From Alphaproteobacteria bacterium (lineage in GTDB: Bacteria > Pseudomonadota > Alphaproteobacteria > UBA6615), in NCBI GenBank assembly GCA_002722515.1, contig PBMH01000047.1, positions 2,671 to 66,670 of the forward strand: a stretch of DNA of 64,000 bases, written 5' to 3'. The notes under the pieces are model-generated. The model saw only the letters and a program-made list of their open reading frames with translations, was not told the origin of the DNA and did not search any database. Numbering within the stretch: the stretch's first letter is position 1; every line of letters begins with the position of its first letter. Shown in pieces: positions 44,831-53,260 of the stretch. A program made the translations under genes and the position numbers.

Positions 44831-45616
44831 CTAGTTTGATATAGGTAGTCCCTTATAGCGACGATACTCGTCCCACAGGCGTTTTTTAAGCTCCAGATCA
44901 GTCTCTTCCATGGCCGCCTTACGTATCTGCATCTCCAGCGCGCTGTCATTATCAGCAGATGGAATATCCTCCGGCAGCTTGCCGTTGTCCTGAGTACGCA
45001 TGGCCTTGAGCTCGGGTTCATCGCCCGGTAGCTGGTCAGCCTCAACCGTGCTACCCGGTGTCGTGTTATCCACGCCTTCCGTGAGCTCCCCGCTGGCTTC
45101 CGTATTCGCCGGCGTCGACGCCATGACAGCGGCTTCATCACCCGATATATCGCCGGTCACCGCAGAATCACCTACCTGTGGGCCTTCCGCCTCCAGTTCA
45201 CTGGAGCCCGAGATATCGCCCGCCGCGGTCGAAGTCTGGCTGCCGTCGTGCTCAGCGCTATCCGCCGTGCCCGAGATACCGGATACACCACGACCGTTAT
45301 GATCCAAACCGCCACCAGTCAAACTAGCGCCTGTCGCGGCACCTAACCGTTGGGTTTGGCATTCCTCGAACCGGCTCAGGGAGTACTGAAAAGCGCGGTC
45401 CATCCGCGCAATCCGTTCCGCGCGAGTTAGGCCCGGCTCGTCAACATAGTCGACGGAGATCTCAGTACAGTCATGGGAGAGTCCGCCCGGACCGCGGTTC
45501 ACCGCTTCGGACCATGGGGAATCCGCCTGCGACCAAACAGGCGTAACACCTATGGTCAATAGGCATAACAGAGCCAGCAGAATCTTGAGTTGTCCGGACT
45601 TAGACCCAATTGTCAT
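44831..45616 (-). CDS. Secreted protein with a long acidic Ser/Gly/Thr/Glu/Asp-rich low-complexity centre (system gene A)
   Basis: Signal peptide 'LKILLALLCLLTIGVTPVWS', a short Cys-containing folded N-terminal region, an acidic low-complexity stretch with repeated 'GDISG', and the C-terminal helix 'LELKKRLWDEYRRYKG'. Confidence 0.55.
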   Translation of the reverse strand: MTIGSKSGQLKILLALLCLLTIGVTPVWSQADSPWSEAVNRGPGGLSHDCTEISVDYVDEPGLTRAERIARMDRAFQYSLSRFEECQTQRLGAATGASLTGGGLDHNGRGVSGISGTADSAEHDGSQTSTAAGDISGSSELEAEGPQVGDSAVTGDISGDEAAVMASTPANTEASGELTEGVDNTTPGSTVEADQLPGDEPELKAMRTQDNGKLPEDIPSADNDSALEMQIRKAAMEETDLELKKRLWDEYRRYKGLPISN

Positions 45617-45648
45617 CTCAACACTCTAATCCAATGTCCATTTAAGAG

Positions 45649-45678
45649 ATTGTAACGCCATCGTCGCGGAAACCCCAA
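45649..45678 (-). promoter_or_regulatory. Possible sigma-70-type promoter for the eight-gene operon (TTGGGG-18 nt-TACAAT on the minus strand)
   Basis: On the minus strand, TACAAT (plus-strand 45649..45654) and TTGGGG (45673..45678) are separated by an 18-nt spacer. They lie about 30 nt upstream of the ATG at 45616. This is pattern match only. Confidence 0.3.
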
Positions 45679-45836
45679 AAGACGTCGGCTATATACACGG
45701 GACCGCCGAAATAAGGCTATTTTCCGGCTACCACGCTCTACGATCTTGGCTTTTCGCGTAATCCCGTGCTAGAAGGCGCCTCCCCCTTGGGGACGGCATC
45801 GGAAATCGCGTAAAAACGCGGGGTTCGGGCTGAGGT

Positions 45837-46064
45837 TTGCGGAAGGGGGTGATTCCTATCGTCCAGGTCGTAGTTCGTGACAACAATGTCGACCAGGCGC
45901 TGAAGGCGCTAAAAAAGAAAATGCAGCGCGAAGGCGTATTTCGCGAGATGAAGCTGCGGCGCTCCTATGAGAAGCCGTCGGAAAAACGCGCCCGCGAAAA
46001 GGCGGAAGCAGTTCGTCGGGCTCGGAAGCTCGCGCGCAAACGTAAGGAACGCGACGGGTTTTGA
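45837..46064 (+). CDS. rpsU: 30S ribosomal protein S21
   Basis: '[56 protein letters not shown]' is canonical S21. The start is uncertain: TTG 45837, GTG 45849, or closer to the 'QVVVRD' core. Confidence 0.9.
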   Translation: MRKGVIPIVQVVVRDNNVDQALKALKKKMQREGVFREMKLRRSYEKPSEKRAREKAEAVRRARKLARKRKERDGF

Positions 46065-46100
46065 TCCCTAGCTAACACCCCTCCTGTATTTAGGAGACAC

Positions 46101-46133
46101 AAAAACGCACGACCCAACGGGTCGTGCGTTTTG
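46101..46133. terminator. Bidirectional rho-independent terminator between convergent rpsU and pntB
   Basis: A 10-bp perfect stem acgcacgacc/ggtcgtgcgt (46105..46114 / 46120..46129) with a 5-nt loop. It is flanked by AAAAA on the left and TTTT on the right. Confidence 0.8.
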
Positions 46134-46173
46134 CATTTCACTGTCGTGAGCAAGCGCACGCTCGGCATAGGCT

Positions 46174-47577
46174 CTAGTGGCCGCCGCCTTTGAGCGCTTT
46201 GACTATATCCTCGCACATCTTCTTTGCATCAGCGAATAGCATCATTGTGTTGTCTTCGTAGAAGAGCGGGTTATCGATGCCGGCATAGCCAGAGGCCAGA
46301 GATCGCTTGATAAACAGTACTGTGCCCGATTCCTCAACGTTAAGAACCGGCATGCCGTAGATTGGGCTCGACTTATCGGTCTTAGCAGATGGGTTGGTGA
46401 TGTCGTTGGCGCCGATCACAAAGGTTACGTCAGTGCCGGAGAAGTCCGAGTTGATCTCATCCAACTCGAAGACCACATCATACGGCACGCTAGCCTCGGC
46501 CAGAAGAACATTCATATGACCAGGCATGCGACCCGCGACGGGATGGATTGCATAGCGCACCTCCACGCCCTTTTCTTCCAACACCTGCGCCATCTCTGCT
46601 AGAGCGTGCTGCGCTTGGGCCACCGCCATGCCGTAACCCGGTACGATGATGACTTTGTCGGCCTGCTCCATGATGAAGGCGGCATCATCCGCTGCACCTT
46701 GGCGCACCGTCCGGTCGCCGAGATCCTCCAAGCCGGGTGCCACCGTCTCGCCGCCGAAGCCTCCCAAAATCACGTTGAAGAAAGAGCGGTTCATGCCTTT
46801 GCACATGACGTAGCTAAGTATCGCGCCCGATGAGCCGACCAATGCGCCGACGATAATCAGCGCCGGATTTCCAAGGGTGAAGCCGATACCGGCCGCTGCC
46901 CAGCCCGAATAAGAGTTGAGCATCGAGACGACGACCGGCATGTCGGCGCCGCCGATGGGTACAATGATCAGGACGCCGATCACCAGCGACAGCACGACGA
47001 TCACCCAGAACGCGGTCTCGGACTGGCTGACCGACAGCCAGGCGACGCAAAAGATGAGTGCAATGCCAAGGCACAGATTGACGATGTGCTGACCCGGGAA
47101 CACCAGCGGCTTGCCCGGCAGGATGCCCTGCAGCTTGCCGAATGCGATAATGGAACCGGTGAAGGTGATCGCACCGATAGCCGTGCCTATCGACATCTCG
47201 ATCAGGCTGGCGATTTTAATATCGCCCACCGAGCCAATGCCGTAGGCCTCAGGCGAGAAGAACGCCGCGCCGGCGACGAACACCGCGGCCAAGCCAACCA
47301 ACGAATGGAAGGCGGCGACCAGCTGCGGCAGCGCGGTCATGGCGATTTTTAGCGCGATGATAGCACCTAGAACGCCGCCGATGGCGATGCCGAGAGCTAT
47401 GGTGCCGAGCGAGGTCACGCTGGGCAGTGCCAGGGTTGTCAGGATGGCAATAACCATGCCGGCGATGCCGTAGACGTTGCCCATCCGCGCGGTCTTGGGC
47501 GAGCTCAGCCCACGCAGCGCCATGATGAAACACACGCTGGCGATCAGGTATGCGAAAGCTGTCATTGAAGCGGACAT
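46174..47577 (-). CDS. pntB: NAD(P) transhydrogenase subunit beta
   Basis: 467 aa with a polytopic N-terminal half and the C-terminal NADP(H) domain 'IIVPGYGMAVAQAQH...VRYAIHPVAGRMPGHMNVLLAEA'. Confidence 0.95.
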   Translation of the reverse strand: MSASMTAFAYLIASVCFIMALRGLSSPKTARMGNVYGIAGMVIAILTTLALPSVTSLGTIALGIAIGGVLGAIIALKIAMTALPQLVAAFHSLVGLAAVFVAGAAFFSPEAYGIGSVGDIKIASLIEMSIGTAIGAITFTGSIIAFGKLQGILPGKPLVFPGQHIVNLCLGIALIFCVAWLSVSQSETAFWVIVVLSLVIGVLIIVPIGGADMPVVVSMLNSYSGWAAAGIGFTLGNPALIIVGALVGSSGAILSYVMCKGMNRSFFNVILGGFGGETVAPGLEDLGDRTVRQGAADDAAFIMEQADKVIIVPGYGMAVAQAQHALAEMAQVLEEKGVEVRYAIHPVAGRMPGHMNVLLAEASVPYDVVFELDEINSDFSGTDVTFVIGANDITNPSAKTDKSSPIYGMPVLNVEESGTVLFIKRSLASGYAGIDNPLFYEDNTMMLFADAKKMCEDIVKALKGGGH

Positions 47578-47590
47578 GTCTGGCGCTCTG

Positions 47591-48004
47591 CTACTTTTTC
47601 GCGCGGAACATCGCGAGCATGCGCTGCGTCACGATAAATCCGCCAAAAATGTTCACCGATGCGAGGATTACAGCGATGAACCCGAAAGTCTTGGAGATGT
47701 TCCACTCGTCCGGACCGGCCGCAATCAACGCACCGACGATGATCACCGAAGAGATAGCATTGGTAACAGCCATCAATGGCGAATGCAGCGCCGGAGTGAC
47801 GCTCCAGACCACGTAGTAGCCGACGAAGACGGCCAGCACGAAGACAGTGAAAAGGAAGACGAAGGGATCGCCGCCACCTGCGGTCTGGGCCAACGCAAGC
47901 TGGGTCGCGTCTTGGGCCAGCGCGCCGGCTCTGTCCGCAATGCTCTGCGCCTCGCTGGCGAGCTGGGCGGCGTTCTCGGAAAGAGTCGAAGGTTCCATGA
48001 TCAA
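47591..48004 (-). CDS. pntAB: NAD(P) transhydrogenase subunit alpha, part 2 (membrane)
   Basis: 137 aa with '[39 protein letters not shown]', typical of the small alpha-2 subunit. It overlaps pntAA by 4 nt. Confidence 0.9.
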   Translation of the reverse strand: MIMEPSTLSENAAQLASEAQSIADRAGALAQDATQLALAQTAGGGDPFVFLFTVFVLAVFVGYYVVWSVTPALHSPLMAVTNAISSVIIVGALIAAGPDEWNISKTFGFIAVILASVNIFGGFIVTQRMLAMFRAKK

Positions 48005-49194
48005 GCTCCCGATTCGGATGAAGTGTCGTCGTCGCTTTCGGCCTCGGCCGGAACCAGGGCCGGATGCACCAACTTGCCGTCGCGCGTCAAGCAGCTGCCA
48101 ACGATAATTTCATCTTCCCAGTCGATCACGATCTTCTTCTCGTCCTTGTCTACAATCAGCTCAACGAAATTCAATAGGTTACGCGAATAAAGCGCCGAGG
48201 TGTCCGCGGCCAACTGCGAAGGCAGGTTGAGTTCGGCCAGGATCGTTACGCCGTTCTCGGTCGTGTGCTTCTCACCCGGCTTCGTCTGGGTGCAGTTGCC
48301 ACCCTGCTCCGCAGCGATGTCGACAATCACCGAACCGGATTTCATCGACGCGACCATATCGTCATTGACCAGCACCGGCGCAGGGCGCCCGGGAATCAGA
48401 GCCGTCGTGATAACGATGTCTTGGTCCTTGATATGGTCCGCGATCAGTTCGGCTTGGCGGCGCTTATAGTCGTCCGACATCTCCTTGGCATAGCCGTCCT
48501 CGGTCTGTCCTGTGTCACCCTCGTCGGGCTCGACCATTACAAAAGACGCACCGAGGCTCTCGACCTCTTCCTTGGCGGCCATGCGCACGTCCGTAGCAGA
48601 CACGATCGCGCCCATGCGGCGCGCAGTGGCGATCGCCTGAAGGCCGGCGACGCCAGCCCCCATGACGAAGACCTTGGCTGGATTGATACGACCGGCGGCA
48701 GTCATCAGCATCGGCATGCCGCGGCCGTAATTGGCAGCACCGTCGATCACAGCCTTATAGCCGGTCAGGTTCGACTGGGAACTTAGCACATCCATCGACT
48801 GGGCCCGACTGATGCGCGGCAGCATCTCCATGGAAAATGCGGTGATGTAGCGCTTTGCGTAGGCCTCGACACCTGACCGGTCGCCATAGGGATTCTGCAG
48901 CGCAATCAGAATCGCGCCCTCGGGCACGTCCGACAGGCCGTCATCGCCTTCGGCCTCGGTCAGCGGCCGCTGCACCTTGAGCACGATGTCCGCGCCGGTC
49001 AGCGCATCGGCGCGACCCGACACAACGGTCGCACCGGCGTCACTGTAGTCGACGTCGGAAATTGATGCCCCTTCGCCGGCGCCGCTCTCTACGGTGACAT
49101 CGAAGCCCCATTGTAGGTAGCGTTTGATCGTATCGGGGGTCGCAGCCACGCGGCGTTCATGCGGGCGGCGTTCCTTTGCAATCGCGATCTTCAT
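48001..49194 (-). CDS. pntAA: NAD(P) transhydrogenase subunit alpha, part 1 (dI, AlaDH/PNT domain)
   Basis: '[21 protein letters not shown]' start and the Rossmann motif '[22 protein letters not shown]'. I prefer the ATG at 49194. Confidence 0.9.
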   Translation of the reverse strand: MKIAIAKERRPHERRVAATPDTIKRYLQWGFDVTVESGAGEGASISDVDYSDAGATVVSGRADALTGADIVLKVQRPLTEAEGDDGLSDVPEGAILIALQNPYGDRSGVEAYAKRYITAFSMEMLPRISRAQSMDVLSSQSNLTGYKAVIDGAANYGRGMPMLMTAAGRINPAKVFVMGAGVAGLQAIATARRMGAIVSATDVRMAAKEEVESLGASFVMVEPDEGDTGQTEDGYAKEMSDDYKRRQAELIADHIKDQDIVITTALIPGRPAPVLVNDDMVASMKSGSVIVDIAAEQGGNCTQTKPGEKHTTENGVTILAELNLPSQLAADTSALYSRNLLNFVELIVDKDEKKIVIDWEDEIIVGSCLTRDGKLVHPALVPAEAESDDDTSSESGA

Positions 49195-49414
49195 GATGAG
49201 AAGAACCTCGGTTCGAACCAAATTACGCAGGGATGTTAAACACCCGTGCCACGCAGTTTTCAACGCGGGGCGAATATGCAGCGCTGCGGCACGCAGGGCA
49301 AGCGGCAACCCGGTGCGGTTCCCTCATTCTTTCAGGTCCTCGCGGCCTGTTCTTCGTGTGTCGAGCCTGCTAGTCAGGTCCACAGAGCATTGCGCGACCC
49401 ATGCGGAGGAATCC

Positions 49415-49825
49415 ATGCCCGAGAATGTCATCCTAAAATTCGCTGAGACACCCACCATCGAGCGCGGCGGCAGCGTCGCCACTACGCCACTTGTTATCCC
49501 GCCCGTGCGCCCGAATGCGGCTTTCACCACCGGCATCAGCTCGTTTCCTGTCGACCGCTCGGCGCCACTGCACAAGCATAACTGCGATGAGCAGGTAACC
49601 CTACTCTCGGGCCGCGCCGAGGCCGAGATAGACGGCGAGACGACCGAGCTCTCCGCTTACGACACAACGTATGTGACCGCCGGGATCGACCATTGCTTCC
49701 GCAACATCGGCGACGAGCCGATGGTGATCCTCTGGATCTACGGCTCCAACAAGGTGACGCGGACCTTCGTCGGATCTGACGAGGAGGTGCAGCACCTGTC
49801 CGACGCCGACATGCTGGTGCGCTAG
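49415..49825 (+). CDS. Cupin-domain protein
   Basis: 'HKHNCDEQVTLLSGRAEAEIDGE...YVTAGIDHCFRN' is a two-motif cupin pattern. The ATG at 49415 is preceded by GGAGGA. Confidence 0.65.
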   Translation: MPENVILKFAETPTIERGGSVATTPLVIPPVRPNAAFTTGISSFPVDRSAPLHKHNCDEQVTLLSGRAEAEIDGETTELSAYDTTYVTAGIDHCFRNIGDEPMVILWIYGSNKVTRTFVGSDEEVQHLSDADMLVR

Positions 49826-49971
49826 CCGGCGCGCCACCCAACACCGAACGGGAACCCATCATTCTCCGATACCCACCAACGATACCGCTGCTAACCGCCC
49901 TGATCTCCAGTAGCGCCATTGCCTACAATCTCTTCCTGCCGTCGATCCCCGACATCGGCCGGGCCTTTGAA

Positions 49972-51048
49972 GTGCCCTCAACTACGGTACAAGGCTCGCT
50001 GATCGCCTTCCTTATCCCCTACGCCATCGCGCAGCTCTTCTATGGCGGCGTGTCCGACCGGTTCGGCCGCCGGCCGACACTGCTCTGGGCGCTGGCAATT
50101 TATGTCCTCGCCAGCCTTGCCTGCGCCGCATCGACCTCAATGACCATGCTGGTCTTCGCCCGCATGGCTCAAGGGGTCGGTGCGGCGGGATCGATGGTGA
50201 TGGTCCGATCCATAGTGCGCGACCTTTATGACCGCAAGCAGTCGGCTCGGGCACTGGCTATCATTTCCACCGTCATGGTGTTCGCGCCCGCAACCGCGCC
50301 TGCAATCGGAGGTTATCTGCACATCCAGTTCGGCTGGCAGGCTTCCTTCATCTTCTTGGCGATCATGGGTGCGGCCCTATTTTCCTACTGCGCACTGTGG
50401 ATGGCCGAAACGAACGTAGTTCAAGGCGCAAGTCTGCTAGGCAATCTCCGCGCGCTGGTCGGCGGTTACCGGGTGCTAATATGGGAGCGGACGTTCGTCG
50501 CTTACAGCCTCAACATCGGCTTCATCGCCAGCGGAATGTTTGCTTGGTTCGCTGGCGTACCAGTGGTTTTGATCGATAGCTATGACGTCGCCCCAGACCG
50601 GTTTGGATACCTCATGCTGACCGGTACCCTAGGCGCCTTCTTTGGCTATGCGAGCGCCATCTGGCTAACCGGGAAGCTAGGGGTGAACAGGATGATTGTC
50701 CTCGGTACTTTCATTGGCCTACTCGGCGCGGCGCTCTACCTAGCGCTGCCGCTCTCCGGGGTACTCACGCCGCTCGCAGCAATCGCGCCCATGTCACTCT
50801 TCGGGATCGGGCTTGCCATTGCGTTCCCCTCCCTAATGGCGGCAGCAGTCAGCGTCCGACCCGACTATGCGGGCACGGCAGCCTCGATAAACGGCCTTGT
50901 CCAATACGGCACGGCGGCTATTGCGACCCTGCTGGTCGGCGCGCTGTCGAGCGCTACCCACCTGCCGCTCGCCTGGGTTATCTTCACCACCCAATCTCTG
51001 GCGATGGTCGCTGCCTGGGTTGGCTGGCTCGGGCGACCCGCAGAGTAA
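49972..51048 (+). CDS. MFS transporter, Bcr/CflA drug-resistance type. The conserved TM1 continues upstream of the listed GTG start.
   Basis: 'AQLFYGGVSDRFGRRP' is the MFS motif A region and there are about 11 further TM segments. In-frame upstream codons read 'IPLLTALISSSAIAYNLFLPSIPDIGRAFEV', a typical TM1-loop (see findings). Confidence 0.75.
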   Translation: MPSTTVQGSLIAFLIPYAIAQLFYGGVSDRFGRRPTLLWALAIYVLASLACAASTSMTMLVFARMAQGVGAAGSMVMVRSIVRDLYDRKQSARALAIISTVMVFAPATAPAIGGYLHIQFGWQASFIFLAIMGAALFSYCALWMAETNVVQGASLLGNLRALVGGYRVLIWERTFVAYSLNIGFIASGMFAWFAGVPVVLIDSYDVAPDRFGYLMLTGTLGAFFGYASAIWLTGKLGVNRMIVLGTFIGLLGAALYLALPLSGVLTPLAAIAPMSLFGIGLAIAFPSLMAAAVSVRPDYAGTAASINGLVQYGTAAIATLLVGALSSATHLPLAWVIFTTQSLAMVAAWVGWLGRPAE

Positions 51049-51063
51049 GCGTAGGCTAATTAT

Positions 51064-51127
51064 TTATCAATTGATAATTTAACTTGACGCCACAGAACCG
51101 CTCCCTTATTTATCGTATGATAAATAA
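51064..51127. promoter_or_regulatory. Two related palindromic operator candidates (TTATC..GATAA half-sites) flanking a TTGACG -35-like hexamer
   Basis: There is a perfect 14-bp palindrome ttatcaattgataa at 51064..51077. A perfect 9-bp inverted repeat ttatttatc-gtat-gataaataa lies at 51106..51127. ttgacg is at 51085..51090. Confidence 0.55.
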
Positions 51128-51150
51128 TAAAATACACTCGAGAGAAGCTC

Positions 51151-52197
51151 ATGACCGCCGAATCCGCACCCAAGATTTTTGATTACCGCAACGTCGACCG
51201 AGCGGACGAATATGAGGACATCCCGGTCCTAGACATTGGGCCCTACCTGGCCGGTAAGCTCGGTGCAGCCGAAGAGCTCGCCGCCAATATACGATTCATC
51301 CAGGAGACCATCGGGTTCTATGTGATTATCAATCACGGCATCCCGCGCGACGCGATCGCGGATGCCTATGCTGCGCTCGGCGACTTCTTCACCCTGTCCA
51401 CGGACGAGAAACTTACGCTGAGATTCGATAAAACCTCGGTCGGCTTCATTCCACCCAAATCAACGGTCTACGTCACATCGAAGATCAACAAGAACACCAA
51501 GCAAGACCTGAACGAAACGCTTGTTCTTGCCCTCGAGCGCGACGCCGACCATCCCTACATCAAAGACGGCGTACGCTTCACCGGCCCCAACAAGTGGCCA
51601 GGCCAGTTGCCGGACTTCCGCGCGCCCATGGTCCGCTATCAGAATGCCTGCGCAAATCTGGGCCGCAAGATCGTGCCGCTCTACGCGCTGGCCCTAGACA
51701 AACCCCGGGACTTCTTCGACGCCTATTTCAAGGAGCCGATCATGTGGACTCGCAACGCCCACTATCCGGCGGTCGAGGCGGAGGAGAACCAGTTCGGTAT
51801 CTCACCCCACAGCGACCATTCCTTCCTGACCATCTTACCGCTAACAGAGGTAGCCGGTCTGCAGGTGCTGACCCATCAGGGCAACTGGCTGCCGGCACGC
51901 TATATTGAGGACGCGCTCGTCATCAACACCGGTGAATTCCTGAACCTCTGGTCGAACGGTCGATTCATCGCCTCGCCCCACAGGGTGATCCCCCCTTCCG
52001 AGGATCGCATCTCTATGGCGACCTTCTTCGACGCCGCGCCCGAGACCATCGCCGACCCGGCCGACTTCGCCCAAGACGGCGAAGAGTTAAAGTATGAGCC
52101 GATTAGCCAGATCGATTATGTGTGCTGGTATATCGACCGGAACTACTCGTCCAAGGCTGGCGGCAAGGCCGAGGGGATCGAGCCCGATGCGGCCTGA
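51151..52197 (+). CDS. 2-oxoglutarate/Fe(II)-dependent oxygenase (isopenicillin N synthase family)
   Basis: 'HSDHSFLTIL' (HxD) and a distal 'ASPHRV' His/Arg motif. Size and layout match 2OG-Fe(II) oxygenases. Confidence 0.75.
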   Translation: MTAESAPKIFDYRNVDRADEYEDIPVLDIGPYLAGKLGAAEELAANIRFIQETIGFYVIINHGIPRDAIADAYAALGDFFTLSTDEKLTLRFDKTSVGFIPPKSTVYVTSKINKNTKQDLNETLVLALERDADHPYIKDGVRFTGPNKWPGQLPDFRAPMVRYQNACANLGRKIVPLYALALDKPRDFFDAYFKEPIMWTRNAHYPAVEAEENQFGISPHSDHSFLTILPLTEVAGLQVLTHQGNWLPARYIEDALVINTGEFLNLWSNGRFIASPHRVIPPSEDRISMATFFDAAPETIADPADFAQDGEELKYEPISQIDYVCWYIDRNYSSKAGGKAEGIEPDAA

Positions 52198-52242
52198 GCG
52201 CCGTGGAACTAACCCCCTCCCCCTCACGCAGGAAGATCCGGT

Positions 52243-52929
52243 ATGGCATCGACCACAACCAAGACGGCCGATAGGCCGAAGCGCCAGCGCTTCTCGCCTG
52301 CCGAGCGCGAGCGACTAATCGTCGACGGCGCCATCCAGTTCTTCGCGAAAGTCGGATTCGCGGGCCAGACCCGCGAGCTGGCCCAACGGCTAGGGATCAG
52401 CCAGCCCCTGCTCTACCGGTATTTCCCAACCAAGAAGGACCTGATCGAGCGGGTTTATGATGAAGTATTCATGGGACGTTGGAAGTCTGAATGGGAAGAT
52501 ATAATCGTTGATCGTGCTGCGCCCCTGCGAGATCGGCTGGTTGGTTTCTACGATGCCTATGCCAGCGAAGTCCTGACCTATGAATGGATTCGCATCTACA
52601 TGTTCGCGGGCCTAGCGGACGAAGACATTAACCGGCGCTATATCGACCTTCTGGAGCAAAGGCTGCTTATCCCTGTTTGCACCGAGATACGAGCGGCAGC
52701 GGGCGTGGTAGATCCGGAGGCGGCCTCGATCTCGGACCTAGAGATCGAGGCCGCCTGGAACATCCATGCCGCCATCTTCTATTACTTCGTACGAAAGTTC
52801 ATATACCGCACCCCGGTTGAACCGGATCTTGCAGCTTACATCAGAGATACGGTTGACCGTACGCTGGAAGGTGCGTTTGTAGTGATCCGTAAGGCGGACA
52901 ACACGAACAGCCCGAAGGCCAAAAACTAG
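52243..52929 (+). CDS. TetR/AcrR-family transcriptional regulator
   Basis: The N-terminal HTH 'RERLIVDGAIQFFAKVGFAGQTRELAQRLGISQPLLYRYFPTKKDL' is canonical TetR_N. Confidence 0.85.
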   Translation: MASTTTKTADRPKRQRFSPAERERLIVDGAIQFFAKVGFAGQTRELAQRLGISQPLLYRYFPTKKDLIERVYDEVFMGRWKSEWEDIIVDRAAPLRDRLVGFYDAYASEVLTYEWIRIYMFAGLADEDINRRYIDLLEQRLLIPVCTEIRAAAGVVDPEAASISDLEIEAAWNIHAAIFYYFVRKFIYRTPVEPDLAAYIRDTVDRTLEGAFVVIRKADNTNSPKAKN

Positions 52930-53260
52930 CCGTTTCTGCTGGTGTATTTCTTGATCTCAATCGCTAGAGAAACGACATCCGTGTCGCCGAGTTCCAACGC
53001 CGTACGTCGAAGTACTAAGGTCGAGCCATGGGTGGTAAATTCGCTTAGAATAATTACTGCTCCCGGACAAAATTCGCAGGTAGCGCTTCCGGTATGGTCG
53101 CCAGGTTTTGTGCAGACTTCATAAGCGGTCCCTCGAGCCAGCGCAGAGCCACCTTCAGATCAACCGTACTCCTCTCTGGGTCCGGCGAGCTCCCGAGATA
53201 ATATTGCCCGGCATAAGGACGATCAGGTGTCCGACATCATTAATCTGCGGACGCCTATGT

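Noticed and set aside
44812-45141. A 109-aa ORF overlapping the 3' part of operon gene A in another frame.
   Set aside because: Its translation is Arg-rich and low-complexity. The gene A frame has a clear signal peptide and fits the operon spacing.
37062-45616. Assignment of the operon to Zorya, Tol-Pal, Ton, flagellar stator or gliding systems.
   Set aside because: Only the MotA/ExbB-like channel and the ExbD-like helix are shared. ZorC/ZorD-like genes, TonB/TolA-like Pro-rich proteins, Pal/TolB, OmpA-like peptidoglycan-binding domains and GldM-like proteins are all absent from the translations.
52929-53159. A 77-codon open frame on the minus strand in the tetR-pepF gap, with a protein-like translation ('...YEVCTKPGDHTGSATCEFCPGAVIILSEFTTHGSTLVLRRTALELGDTDVVSLAIEIKKYTSRNG').
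   Set aside because: It has no ATG, GTG or TTG until very late in the frame, and I recognise no family. An open frame of this length can arise by chance. It is worth a blastx but cannot be supported as a feature.
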